Shown here: positions 1-11,879 of the stretch, in pieces | Layout: every line of letters starts with the position of its first letter | Numbering within the stretch: the first letter of the stretch is position 1 | Origin: Fusobacterium sp. | GTDB taxonomy: Bacteria; Fusobacteriota; Fusobacteriia; Fusobacteriales; Fusobacteriaceae | Direction of reading: 5' to 3' | NCBI GenBank assembly: GCA_019416865.1 | Contig: DXWL01000001.1 | Coordinates: 39,559 to 103,558, forward strand | DNA: 64,000 bases | Position numbers and translations under genes: made by a program | The notes under the pieces: generated by a model | What the model was told of the DNA's origin: nothing | Database searches by the model: none | What the model saw: only the letters and a program-made list of their open reading frames with translations

Positions 1-1500
1 TTCAACAGTATTATTTTTTAAATCTTCTTTTTTAAGTTCTTTTAATGTATTAATAATATCTCCTACTTCTTTTTTAGTAAGCTTACTATCATCAACATTG
101 ACTGTAATATTTATATCTCCAGCTGTTACTGTTGATTTAGAAACTGTTCCATCTGCACTATTTTGATGAGATACAGCAATACCATTTCCTAAAACTCCTG
201 CTGCAGCTGTTTTTCCATTAAGATCCACATTAATATCTCCAGATTTAACTGTTGATGTTCCACCATCTCTAAGTCCTGAAACTGTAATTGGTGGTATTCC
301 ATCTAAATCAATTATAAAGTTTCCATTTTCATCTATCGTTCCTTTTTTTCCACCTATTTCTAATCCAGCTTTTAAATATTGAGAAGCATCAGTTGCAACT
401 GCAAGACCTCCACCTATTACTCCAACAGAAAGTCCATCATTTATTTCTACATTTGTAGTTCCTGTTATATTAGCAGAAGCACTTCCTCCTAAAGTAGAAA
501 CTGCCATTCCACCACCAAATAATCCAACTGTAATTCCTTCTAATTGTTCTGAACTAACTTTAGAATTAATATTTATTGTTGAATTTCCATTTACAGTTGA
601 TACTGCTGTTCCTCCTATAGCTGCTGCAAGTCCTCCTGCTGTTACTCCAGCTGCATTAGCACCATTATTTATATTTAATGTAGTATTTCCTATTATATTA
701 GCTGTTGCTTCTCCTTGTAATTTAAAAGTTAGAAATTTTTTAGCAGCTATATTTCCTAATGAAACTGCTGTACTTCCTGTAGTCGCACCAAATACATTTC
801 CATTATTTAGTGTTACAGTAGTATCTCCTTTTCTACTTATGGAAATAGGTTCTTGTTTTAGACTGAATGTAGAATATTTTCCTGTTCCTATTATCATATC
901 TCCACCCATTAATCCCAAAATTACTGGTGAAGATGTTTCGTTTCCTATTTCTGTTACTAAACTTTGTTCTATAAGTTCATTGTCTTTTTTAGTATTAGTT
1001 CTATTTATTATTTCAGCTACTTTTTTAGATAGCTCATTTGTTCCTCCTACTAGATTAACTAAGCTATCTAAACCTGTATTATACTTTCCTTGCCCTGCTA
1101 AAGCTCCAGTTATAACAGTTTTTCCTTGATTTTGTTCATCTTTATATTTATTTATATACTGTCCATCTACAACTTTAGCATTTTGAGATAAAGCACTTCT
1201 TATTTTTTCAAAATCCCCATTAGAAGCAATTAAATCTGCTAATAACTCTCCTGCACTTCCATGAGTATTAATTACTAATTTTCCATCTTTTCCTACAACA
1301 AATTTACTTGTTGCTAAATCATCAATTATTTTATTAGTATAAATTCCATCTACCGTTTCCCAAGTAACTTTATCAGTTGCATCTGCTCCCATTACAACAG
1401 TTCCTGCAATTAAAAATCCAACTACAGTTGCCATAGTTACTTTAACTTTTGTTTTCAGCCATCTTTTTAAACTTTTTTCTGTGCTTTCATAATTATTCAT
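1..1500 (-). CDS. Large autotransporter/adhesin-like protein, N-terminal part (runs off the window start)
   Basis: Not in the ORF track. Translated by hand from ATG at 1500 (RBS GGAGGGG): MNNYESTEKSLKRWLKTKVKVTMATVVGFLIAGTVVMG..., an extended signal peptide typical of Fusobacterium type Va autotransporters, followed by a Gly/Thr/Asn-rich passenger. Open to base 1; the beta-barrel is outside the window. Confidence 0.8.
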   Translation of the reverse strand, partial: MNNYESTEKSLKRWLKTKVKVTMATVVGFLIAGTVVMGADATDKVTWETVDGIYTNKIIDDLATSKFVVGKDGKLVINTHGSAGELLADLIASNGDFEKIRSALSQNAKVVDGQYINKYKDEQNQGKTVITGALAGQGKYNTGLDSLVNLVGGTNELSKKVAEIINRTNTKKDNELIEQSLVTEIGNETSSPVILGLMGGDMIIGTGKYSTFSLKQEPISISRKGDTTVTLNNGNVFGATTGSTAVSLGNIAAKKFLTFKLQGEATANIIGNTTLNINNGANAAGVTAGGLAAAIGGTAVSTVNGNSTININSKVSSEQLEGITVGLFGGGMAVSTLGGSASANITGTTNVEINDGLSVGVIGGGLAVATDASQYLKAGLEIGGKKGTIDENGNFIIDLDGIPPITVSGLRDGGTSTVKSGDINVDLNGKTAAAGVLGNGIAVSHQNSADGTVSKSTVTAGDINITVNVDDSKLTKKEVGDIINTLKELKKEDLKNNTVE

Positions 1501-1929
1501 AATAACTTCCCCTCCTTAAAATATTAATAAAGTTTTTATTTTTCATTAAATGTAAGCACATCTGAATACTATATACAGATGTTTATAAATTTTTCTCTAT
1601 CATAGAAAAGTTTATAAATATCTGTGTAGTTAATTATAAATAATTATACGAAAAAATTTTTAACTATTTTTTCTAAAATTTTACTACTTTTCAGATAAAA
1701 AATATAAAAAAACAGTCATTTTCAAGAAAGAAAATAATTGTTTGAATACTCATAATTAATTATACACATTTTATAATCAATACATTTTTTGTATTAATAT
1801 GACATTTTATATGTTTTTACAAACTATATTTCTTACCATAAGGATAGCTCACTTTTTCTAAAAAATCAAGTTATTTTTTCTTATCTCCATATAATTATTA
1901 TATAATTAGTAATTCAAATAATTAATAAC

Positions 1930-1960
1930 AAAAAAGAACGGTATATCTCAACCGTTCTTT
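1930..1960 (-). terminator. Intrinsic terminator of the atp operon
   Basis: AAAGAACGGT-N8-ACCGTTCTTT hairpin with a U-run on the minus strand, just after the atpC stop. Confidence 0.8.
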
Positions 1961-1966
1961 CATATC

Positions 1967-2374
1967 TTATAATAATTTTTCAGCAATACTTACTTTTACA
2001 AGAGCTTCATGCAGAGATTTACGAGCCATCAGAAGATTTTTATCTTCAGTCAGCTTTTTCAATCTTTCTTCTGCCAGAGCTGCCTCTTTTCTTGCAGCTT
2101 CTATATCAATATCTGTTGAAAGAATTGCTTCGTCTGCAAGAATGATTACTTTATTATTATTTATTTCAAGAAAACCTTCTGATATATAGTAAGATATCTC
2201 TTTCCCTTTTTCCTCTCTTACCATCATTTCACCAATAGCAAGTCCAGCAACAAAAGGCGAGTGATTTGGAAGTATTCCCATATCTCCCTCTGTTGTTCTT
2301 ACAAGGACAAATTCAACATCATTTGAATATACCTTTCCTGAAGGTCCAACTATTTCAAGTTTAAAGTTCGCCAT
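1967..2374 (-). CDS. atpC: ATP synthase F1 epsilon subunit
   Basis: GDMGILPNHSP motif; last gene of the atp operon. Confidence 0.97.
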   Translation of the reverse strand: MANFKLEIVGPSGKVYSNDVEFVLVRTTEGDMGILPNHSPFVAGLAIGEMMVREEKGKEISYYISEGFLEINNNKVIILADEAILSTDIDIEAARKEAALAEERLKKLTEDKNLLMARKSLHEALVKVSIAEKLL

Positions 2375-2376
2375 AA

Positions 2377-3792
<1,416 letters not shown>

Positions 3793-3795
3793 TTA

Positions 3796-4647
3796 TTATT
3801 TTAATGCAGCTGCTCCACTGACAATCTCTGTGATCTCTTGTGTAATTGCAGCTTGTCTTTCTCTATTGTATTGAAGATTTAATTCTTTCATCATATCTTC
3901 AGCGTTTTCAGTGGCATTCTTCATTGAATTTTTTCTTGATGAGTGCTCACTGGCTGTGTTGTCTAATATTGCCTGATACAATTCTATATTCAAGTATTTT
4001 GGCAATAAACTTGAAAGAATTGTTTCTGCATCAGGTTCAAATATATATGGTGTATTTGTATCTGTTTCTACTCTTTCAATAGGAATAAGTTTTTTTACTG
4101 TAAGATCACATCTTAATGCAGAAACAAATTTATTGTATATTACATATACTTCATCAAAAATATCAGCATAGTAATATTCAACTATGTTTTCACTTATCTC
4201 TTTAGCTTTTTCAAACATAGCTTCAGGAATAAGCTGTATGTATTCTGCTTTTAAGTCATAATTTCTTTTTACGCAGTAATCTCTTCCTTTTTTACCTATT
4301 GCGATTACAGAAACCTCTTTTCCACTGTGCTGCTCTTCAAACTCTTTCAATTTTTTTAAAGTGTTGTTGTTAAAGCTTCCGCAAAGACCTCTGTCAGATG
4401 TCATTACGATAACCCCTATTCTTTTTACCTGTTCTTTTCCGTCAAAAAGAGGGTGTTTTTCAGCTTTTACTCCAGCAGCAATATTCCTTAATATCTCATG
4501 GATACTGTCAGAATATGGTCTTGATTTTGCAACTATAGCTGCAAATCTTTTAAATTTTGTTGTGGAAACTATTTCCATTGCTTTTGTAATCTGATGAGTA
4601 GACTGGACACTTTTTATTCTATCTTTAATTTCTCCTGAACCAGCCAT
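3796..4647 (-). CDS. atpG: ATP synthase F1 gamma subunit
   Basis: SDRGLCG and [16 protein letters not shown] motifs. Confidence 0.98.
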   Translation of the reverse strand: MAGSGEIKDRIKSVQSTHQITKAMEIVSTTKFKRFAAIVAKSRPYSDSIHEILRNIAAGVKAEKHPLFDGKEQVKRIGVIVMTSDRGLCGSFNNNTLKKLKEFEEQHSGKEVSVIAIGKKGRDYCVKRNYDLKAEYIQLIPEAMFEKAKEISENIVEYYYADIFDEVYVIYNKFVSALRCDLTVKKLIPIERVETDTNTPYIFEPDAETILSSLLPKYLNIELYQAILDNTASEHSSRKNSMKNATENAEDMMKELNLQYNRERQAAITQEITEIVSGAAALK

Positions 4648-4661
4648 TTTCTCACCTCTTC

Positions 4662-6164
4662 TTAGTTAAAATTCTTTTTGAATGCTTCTATTGCTTCTCT
4701 TATTTTAGCCTCTAATTCTTTATCAAGAGCTTTTTTCTCTCTGATTTCGTCTAAAATTGTTGTTGTATTTTCAAGTTCTTTTAACAACTCGTTCTCAAAT
4801 CTGCTTACTTCATCAACAGGGATACTGTCTAAGAATCCATTTGTTACTGCAAAGAAAGATATAACTTGTCTTTCAACTGCATATGGTCTGTTTTGAGGTT
4901 GTTTTAATACTGCCATGATTCTGTGTCCTCTTTCAAGCTGAGCTTTTGTAGCTTTATCAAGGTCTGAACCGAATTGAGCAAATGTTAAAAGTTCTGTATA
5001 TTGAGCAAGTTCAAGTTTAACTTTTGCAGCAACCTGTTTCATAGCTTTTATCTGAGCTGAACCTCCAACCCTTGATACAGAGATTCCTGCGTCTATTGCA
5101 GGTCTGAATCCTGAGTTAAATAGCTGAGAGTCAAGGAATATTTGTCCGTCTGTAATTGAAATTACGTTAGTAGGGATATATGCAGATACGTCCCCTGCTT
5201 GTGTTTCAATTATTGGAAGGGCAGTGATTGATCCTCCTCCAAGTTCGTCAGAAAGTTTTGCCGCTCTTTCAAGAAGTCTTGAGTGAAGATAGAATACATC
5301 TCCAGGATAAGCTTCTCTTCCAGGTGGTCTTTTTAATAGTAATGACATTTCTCTATATGCAACAGCGTGTTTAGAAAGGTCATCATATATTATTAAAACA
5401 TGTTCCCCTTTGTCCATGAAATATTCTCCCATGGCAACTCCTGCATATGGAGCCATATATTGAAGTGGGGCTGCTTCTGAAGCTGTAGCTGCAACTATTG
5501 TTGTATATTCCATAGCTCCAAGGTCTTCTAATTTTTTATAAATTTGAGCAACTGTAGATCTTTTTTGACCAATTGCTACATAGATACATTTTACTCCTGT
5601 ACCTTTTTGGTTAATAATAGCGTCAACAGCTATTGCAGTTTTACCTGTTTGTCTGTCCCCTATTATAAGTTCTCTTTGTCCTCTTCCAATAGGTACCATT
5701 CCGTCTATTGATTTTATTCCTGTTTGTAATGGTTCAGAAACAGGTTTTCTTGAAATAATTCCTGAAGCCTTTCTTTCAAGTTCCATGTATTTTACAGGCT
5801 CTATATCCCCTTTTCCGTCAATAGGTTGTCCAAGAGCATTTACTACTCTTCCTAGGAAATTTTCTCCTGCAGGAACAGAAACTATTCTTCCAGTTGCTTT
5901 TACTTCGCTTCCCTCTTTTATTTGAGAAAAATCTCCAAGAATAACAGCTCCTACATTGTTTTCCTCAAGATTAAGAACCATTCCCATTATTCCGTCAGTG
6001 AACTCTAAAAGCTCTCCTGCTTTAGCATTGCTAAGACCGTATATTCTTGCTATACCGTCCCCTACTTCCAATACAGAACCTGAAGTTTTTACATCGAGGC
6101 TTTTTTTATAATTTTCAATTTCGCTTTTAATTATGCTGCTTACCTCTTCTGGTCTGATATTCAA
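4662..6164 (-). CDS. atpA: ATP synthase F1 alpha subunit
   Basis: GDRQTGKT and [10 protein letters not shown] motifs; TTG start. Confidence 0.99.
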   Translation of the reverse strand: MNIRPEEVSSIIKSEIENYKKSLDVKTSGSVLEVGDGIARIYGLSNAKAGELLEFTDGIMGMVLNLEENNVGAVILGDFSQIKEGSEVKATGRIVSVPAGENFLGRVVNALGQPIDGKGDIEPVKYMELERKASGIISRKPVSEPLQTGIKSIDGMVPIGRGQRELIIGDRQTGKTAIAVDAIINQKGTGVKCIYVAIGQKRSTVAQIYKKLEDLGAMEYTTIVAATASEAAPLQYMAPYAGVAMGEYFMDKGEHVLIIYDDLSKHAVAYREMSLLLKRPPGREAYPGDVFYLHSRLLERAAKLSDELGGGSITALPIIETQAGDVSAYIPTNVISITDGQIFLDSQLFNSGFRPAIDAGISVSRVGGSAQIKAMKQVAAKVKLELAQYTELLTFAQFGSDLDKATKAQLERGHRIMAVLKQPQNRPYAVERQVISFFAVTNGFLDSIPVDEVSRFENELLKELENTTTILDEIREKKALDKELEAKIREAIEAFKKNFN

Positions 6165-6192
6165 CGATTACACCTCCGATTTATGTGTATTC

Positions 6193-6720
6193 CTAAAGTG
6201 ATTTAACCAGGTTATCAAGCTGAGTTCTAACTGTACCGTCGATAATTCTGTCGCCGATTTTAAGAATTCCTCCTCCGATTATTCCTGCATCAACTTTTTC
6301 CACTAGGTTTATCTTTTTCTTAGTTTTCATTTCTAATTTGTGGATAAGCTTTTCTCTTTGTGCATCTGAAAGTTTAACTGCAAAAGTAGCTTCCACATCA
6401 AGTATTTGATTTTTAGCATAGTATATTTTCAAATACTCAGCAACTATCTCTCTGATATTTGCTATTCTATTTTTATCTAAAAGATAAAATATTATATTTT
6501 TTATCTCTTCACTCTCAGTATGATAGATTTTTCCAAGAGCTTCTTTCTTCTCCTCATTTGAAATAAGAGGATGATCTATGAAATTCTTGAAATCTCTGTC
6601 TGTTTTATAAGATTCCATAAGGCTGTTTAATGCTTCGTAAACCTCTTTTATACTGTTCTTAGATTCTGCTATTTCAAAAATTGCCTCTGCGTATCTTCTT
6701 CCTACTTGGCTGTCTGTCAT
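6193..6720 (-). CDS. atpH: ATP synthase delta subunit
   Basis: RRYAEAIF and IIGGGILKIGDRIIDGT motifs; operon position. Confidence 0.96.
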   Translation of the reverse strand: MTDSQVGRRYAEAIFEIAESKNSIKEVYEALNSLMESYKTDRDFKNFIDHPLISNEEKKEALGKIYHTESEEIKNIIFYLLDKNRIANIREIVAEYLKIYYAKNQILDVEATFAVKLSDAQREKLIHKLEMKTKKKINLVEKVDAGIIGGGILKIGDRIIDGTVRTQLDNLVKSL

Positions 6721-7223
6721 TGAACATCTCCTACCTTGTCGATGAAGTCATCTATCAGCAAATCTCCAGCTTTAGAATCTAATTTTTCAGTAATAATTTT
6801 TTCAGCAAGTTCAACAGCAAGAGTCTGCATTTCTCCTCTTATCACCTGTCTTGCTCTTTCTTTCATTTTTGTTACTTCCACTTCAGCACTTTTTAAAATC
6901 TTATCTCTTTGAGCAGTAGCTTCTTTTAAAATCTCTTCTTTTCTTTCGTCGGCTTTTTTCTCAGAAAGGCTTATAATATTATGAGCCTCTATTCTTGCCT
7001 TCTTTAAGATTTCCTCTGCTTGTTCTCTTGCTTCTTTTGCAGATTCTTTATCTTTTTTTGCATCTTCAAGATCTCCGGCTATTTTAGCCTGTCTTTCCTT
7101 TATTACTCTTTGTAAAGGTTTTTTCATATATTTATTGAAGATAACTATCAAGATGAAAAAGTTTATAATCTGCCAAAGCATATTTATATCTATTGATATT
7201 GCAGGCATATTTTGTGGTGCCAA
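6717..7223 (-). CDS. atpF: ATP synthase Fo b subunit
   Basis: N-terminal TM helix (WQIINFFIL) plus a charged coiled coil; TTG start. Confidence 0.96.
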   Translation of the reverse strand: MAPQNMPAISIDINMLWQIINFFILIVIFNKYMKKPLQRVIKERQAKIAGDLEDAKKDKESAKEAREQAEEILKKARIEAHNIISLSEKKADERKEEILKEATAQRDKILKSAEVEVTKMKERARQVIRGEMQTLAVELAEKIITEKLDSKAGDLLIDDFIDKVGDVQ

Positions 7224-7275
7224 GATTATTACCTCCTTCCCGGATTAATTAATTTCTGTCTAATTTACCCGGTTA

Positions 7276-7602
<327 letters not shown>

Positions 7603-8415
7603 TTATTTTTCTTCTTCCATTACGGAATCTCCCAATGCTCCCTGAATATGAACCATGGCAAGCATTGTGAATACGAAACTCTGTACCACTGCTGAGAATA
7701 AATCAAAATATAAGTGCAGAGGTGCAGGTACTACCCATGGTGCTGCTTTGTAAAGAAGCCCCATGATAACTGATCCTGCAAACATATTTCCGAAAAGTCT
7801 CATTGACATATTTACAGGTTTTGCTAATTCTCCTACTATGTTTAAAGGCAACATAACAGGCACTGGGTCTAAAAATCCCTTGGCATAACCAAGTGCTCCA
7901 TTTCTCTTTATACTTGTTCCTATAAAAGTTACTGCTACTAAAATTGCAAGTCCCACTGTGGTATTAAGATCCATTGTAGGTGCACGGAAAGCAGGTGATA
8001 TAGTTACTGTTCCGTCAGCCCCAAATGAAGGCCATGGTATAGGGAAGAAAAATGTCAGCAGATTTGATGTTAGAATAAAAATAAATATTACAGCCAGAAA
8101 TGAGAAATATTTCTTTTTCCAGCTTCCTATCATCTGCCCTATTAAACCATCAAGAAATTCATACAATGATTCCAGTGCTGTCTGAAGTCCTGATGTTGGT
8201 ATAAGTTCAAGTTTCCTAGTCCCTACTTTAAACAGTAAAAATAAAACAAGCATACAGAACCAAGTTCCTATCACGGTGATTGTAACAGGAAGTCCAGCCT
8301 GTCCGTTACCCATATCAATTGCTAATGGCAGTTTATGCAAAAAATCAGGCAGCGGAACAAAAAAGACAATCTTTGGTCCTTCCACTAGAGGTGGAGTAAA
8401 AAAACCTATGTTCAT
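7603..8415 (-). CDS. atpB: ATP synthase Fo a subunit
   Basis: SMRLFGNMFAG and QSFVF motifs. Confidence 0.97.
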   Translation of the reverse strand: MNIGFFTPPLVEGPKIVFFVPLPDFLHKLPLAIDMGNGQAGLPVTITVIGTWFCMLVLFLLFKVGTRKLELIPTSGLQTALESLYEFLDGLIGQMIGSWKKKYFSFLAVIFIFILTSNLLTFFFPIPWPSFGADGTVTISPAFRAPTMDLNTTVGLAILVAVTFIGTSIKRNGALGYAKGFLDPVPVMLPLNIVGELAKPVNMSMRLFGNMFAGSVIMGLLYKAAPWVVPAPLHLYFDLFSAVVQSFVFTMLAMVHIQGALGDSVMEEEK

Positions 8416-8433
8416 ATAAACCCTCCTCTCTTT

Positions 8434-8811
8434 TTACTTTAAGTACTTCCTTTTTATCTCTCTTATTTTTCTATAAAGAACCATTATTAAAATATTAAAT
8501 TTAACATTTAATAATCCAATGGCTGTACTTAACAACATTCCCATTCCGAAAAAATATGCTGCCGCTCCAAGAGCTGCACCATATATAACATACCTTTTCA
8601 GGTAACTTAGTATTCCAACTTTATAAGAGCCATTTCCTGCTGCTACTGTAGCTTTTACATCAATACACAGCATATAAAATGCAATTATTGAAATAACTGA
8701 ACCTCCAAACATTCCTATACAGACAGTTTTTTCTCTCACTATAAATCCATATATAATTATTATCAAAGATGTAACAGCTGCTCTTTTTATTACACTTTTT
8801 ATTTCATCCAT
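8434..8811 (-). CDS. atpI: ATP synthase subunit I
   Basis: Four-TM small protein directly upstream of atpB. Confidence 0.85.
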   Translation of the reverse strand: MDEIKSVIKRAAVTSLIIIIYGFIVREKTVCIGMFGGSVISIIAFYMLCIDVKATVAAGNGSYKVGILSYLKRYVIYGAALGAAAYFFGMGMLLSTAIGLLNVKFNILIMVLYRKIREIKRKYLK

Positions 8812-8894
8812 ATGTAAACCTTTTTTTCTTTCTTTTCTATTTAATCATTTACACCTATTATACCCCACAACATGACCAGTAAGTCAAGTTTTTT

Positions 8895-9107
8895 TTATTT
8901 TTTCATTATCTGCTGATAAACACTGTAAAACCCACTGGCTATTCCAATCAGGAGAAAAATAATGAAAAGTACAGGACTTTCATAAATGTATCTCGCTATT
9001 ATGTATTTGTATATAGCCAGAGATACCAACATATTTCCTATTATAATAAATCCCAGTGTCCCCAACAGAGATAGGTATTTAAAAAAATCTCTATCAAATT
9101 TTAGCAT
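8895..9107 (-). CDS. AtpZ/AtpI-family small membrane protein
   Basis: Two TM helices ending GIASGFYSVY. Start moved to the ATG at 9107, which has the RBS AGGGAAG. Confidence 0.7.
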   Translation of the reverse strand: MLKFDRDFFKYLSLLGTLGFIIIGNMLVSLAIYKYIIARYIYESPVLFIIFLLIGIASGFYSVYQQIMKK

Positions 9108-9230
9108 TTTTTCTTCCCTTCTAAAAGTTTTTTCTATAAAAACTATAAAGATGTTCAAAAATTTAACCATGTGATACTATTTTTTCGAAATAAAAAATTT
9201 TATATTTATTTTAGTACAATTTTTTTGCAC

Positions 9231-9947
9231 CTATATTTTTTTTAAAACATAAAAGTATCTTTTACCTGCTATTTGGTCGTTCAGCTCTGTAATTTTTATC
9301 TGAAGTCCTGCTTTTTCACAACAAAAGCATATCTCCTCGTGGGTAAAAATTCTCTTTTCATAATATTCATTATATCTGTCATAAGTTTTATTTTTATTTT
9401 TTACAAAATATGAAGCTTCAATCTCATCAAGATTTTCCTCTTCATTATAAAAATGCTCCCAAATTACAGCAAAATCTCTTCTGCTGTCAGCATAGATATC
9501 ATTTGCAAACATCTTATCCATAAACTCTCTGTCTACAACATCAAAAACATATATTCCCTCTTCATTTAAAGAGTTTCCGACACTATTAAACAAATCCAAA
9601 AGATCCTGTGTGTTTGAAAGATGATTTACAGTATCAAAAAAAGAAAATATAATGTCATATTTTTCCCCTGTACTGAACTCTCTCATATCACCTAAAAATA
9701 AAGGAACATTTTTTCCCTTTAATTTTATGTTCGCTCTTTTCAGCATCTCTTCTGACAAATCCAGTCCTGAACACTTATATTTTTCACTTAAAATTACAAG
9801 AGTACTTCCTGTTCCACATCCCAAATCCAAAAAGTTTTTCCCATCTGGGCAGAAATCTAACTTATATTTTTCAAGTAGTTTTACCCATTCGTTATAGTCG
9901 CAGATTTCCATAAATTTGTCATAAACTTTAGAAAAATTTTTATACAT
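9231..9947 (-). CDS. Class I SAM-dependent methyltransferase
   Basis: LDLGCGTG and GLDLSEEML motifs. Confidence 0.9.
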   Translation of the reverse strand: MYKNFSKVYDKFMEICDYNEWVKLLEKYKLDFCPDGKNFLDLGCGTGSTLVILSEKYKCSGLDLSEEMLKRANIKLKGKNVPLFLGDMREFSTGEKYDIIFSFFDTVNHLSNTQDLLDLFNSVGNSLNEEGIYVFDVVDREFMDKMFANDIYADSRRDFAVIWEHFYNEEENLDEIEASYFVKNKNKTYDRYNEYYEKRIFTHEEICFCCEKAGLQIKITELNDQIAGKRYFYVLKKI

Positions 9948-10002
9948 TATATTTTCTCCCTGCTTTTAATATATTTAGTTGTAGTAGTAAATTTTTGAAA
10001 AA

Positions 10003-11361
10003 TTATGCAAGTTCTGTTTTTACTACTTCTGCTATCTCTTCAGCTGTAGCTTTTACTAAATCTGCATTTTTTCCCTCTACCATTACTCTTACAATAGGCT
10101 CTGTTCCAGAAGTTCTTACAAGAACTCTTCCCTCATTGCCCATCTCTTTCTCTTTTTTCTCAATGAAAGAAACTATATTTTCATTTTTATTCCACATATT
10201 TTTCTTAGCATTATCAACTTTTACATTGATTAACACTTGAGGCCATTCTGGGATAAGTCCCACAAGCTCATCAAGAGTTTTTCCGCTGTCTCTTATAACT
10301 TCTACAAGTTTAAGAGAGGACTGGATTCCGTCCCCTGTTGTTCCATAATCAAGAAGTATTATATGCCCTGATTGTTCTCCACCTATATTAAGTCCTTGAC
10401 TCTTCATTTTTTCAAGAACATATCTGTCCCCTACATTTGCTCTTACAAGAACGATTCCGTTGTCGTTAAGGAAAGACTCAAGCCCCATATTACTCATAAC
10501 AGTAGTTACAACTCTGTTATTTACAAGAACATTTTTCTTTTTCATATCCACAGCAAGAGTTGCTATTATTTTATCCCCGTCAACAATTTTTCCGTTTTTA
10601 TCAACAGCTATAAGTCTGTCAGCATCTCCGTCATAAGCTAGTCCAAGATCTGCCTCATATCCCATTACTACTTTTGAAAGAATTTCAGGGTGTGTTGAAC
10701 CACATCTTACATTTATATTTTTTCCATTTGGAGCATCATTTATTACAACAATTTCTGCTCCAAGAGATAAAAATACATCTTTTGCAGCTCTGTAAGCTGA
10801 TCCATTTGCTGCATCAAGGATTATCTTCATTCCTGAAAAATCTCCTTTTACTATTGACTTAAGATGATCTCTGTAAAGAATATAGTCATCCTCTGCATAT
10901 TTAAATTTTCCTACAGCATCTCCTGGAAGAGGATTCCTTACAAGCTCTGCATAGTTATCTATATATCCTTCAAGTTCTAATTCAACTTCATCAGGAAGTT
11001 TGCATCCATCTTTTGCAAATATTTTAATTCCATTATCCTTTGCTGGATTGTGAGAAGCTGATATCATAATTCCTGCCTCTGCACCTTTTGCCTGAGTAAT
11101 AAAAGCTACTCCAGGTGTGGGAATAACTCCAACAAAATCTATATTTATTCCCATTGCAGTAAGTCCTGCACTAAGAGCTGATCTAAGCATATATCCTGAT
11201 ATTCTTGTATCAGATCCCATAATAACCTTCATTTTTTTCTTGTCAGGATTTTGCTTTCTAAGGTAATATCCAAGAGCATATCCTAATTTCATTGCAAGTT
11301 CAGCTGTAAGCTCTCTATTTGCCTCTCCTCTTACTCCATCAGTTCCAAAATATTTTCTCAT
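10003..11361 (-). CDS. glmM: Phosphoglucosamine mutase
   Basis: YFGTDGVRG, ISASHNP, DGDADR and GGEQSGH motifs. Confidence 0.97.
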   Translation of the reverse strand: MRKYFGTDGVRGEANRELTAELAMKLGYALGYYLRKQNPDKKKMKVIMGSDTRISGYMLRSALSAGLTAMGINIDFVGVIPTPGVAFITQAKGAEAGIMISASHNPAKDNGIKIFAKDGCKLPDEVELELEGYIDNYAELVRNPLPGDAVGKFKYAEDDYILYRDHLKSIVKGDFSGMKIILDAANGSAYRAAKDVFLSLGAEIVVINDAPNGKNINVRCGSTHPEILSKVVMGYEADLGLAYDGDADRLIAVDKNGKIVDGDKIIATLAVDMKKKNVLVNNRVVTTVMSNMGLESFLNDNGIVLVRANVGDRYVLEKMKSQGLNIGGEQSGHIILLDYGTTGDGIQSSLKLVEVIRDSGKTLDELVGLIPEWPQVLINVKVDNAKKNMWNKNENIVSFIEKKEKEMGNEGRVLVRTSGTEPIVRVMVEGKNADLVKATAEEIAEVVKTELA

Positions 11362-11876
11362 TTAACACAACTCCTTCTAAGTAATAATTTTTCTCCAATA
11401 AATCCAGTAACAGCTCCTGCAAAAACTCCAAGCATAAGAAAACCTGTTACAAAAACCATCACATATCTTGAATTTATATTCATGTTTCTAAATAACAGAA
11501 AATAGACTACAATAAGCTGTGTAAAATTATGAACAAGTGCCGAAAAAACACTTATTGACACAAGACTCAGTCTATCTCTGAAACTATATAGCATAACCAT
11601 TATACACACACTTGCACTTCCTGATACAAGGCTTATGATAAAACCTGGACTGAAAAGAGTTCCTATCATTATTCCCTGTATAACTATCCTGCATATAACA
11701 ACCTCAAAGGCCATTTTCTTTCCAAATTTTTCAAGGGCTATAAGAGTTCCTATATTGGAAAGCCCCAATTTAAGCCATGGAAACGGCTTAGGAATAAAAG
11801 TTTCCAAAAGAGAAAGATAAAGGGACAAAAGAATAAGAAAAACAAGATATTTCTCTCTTCTATTCTCTGCTTTCAT
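11358..11876 (-). CDS. Gx transporter family membrane protein (heptaprenyl diphosphate synthase component I-like)
   Basis: LETFIPKPFPWLKLGLSN and HNFTQL motifs. Confidence 0.8.
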   Translation of the reverse strand: MKAENRREKYLVFLILLSLYLSLLETFIPKPFPWLKLGLSNIGTLIALEKFGKKMAFEVVICRIVIQGIMIGTLFSPGFIISLVSGSASVCIMVMLYSFRDRLSLVSISVFSALVHNFTQLIVVYFLLFRNMNINSRYVMVFVTGFLMLGVFAGAVTGFIGEKLLLRRSCVK

Positions 11877-11879
11877 AAA

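Noticed and set aside
839..1129. Plus-strand 96-aa ORF, and the many other short ORFs overlapping long genes (for example 54614-55048, 49392-49820, 16433-16831)
   Set aside because: Antisense or out-of-frame shadows of well-supported genes, with no RBS or recognisable motifs.
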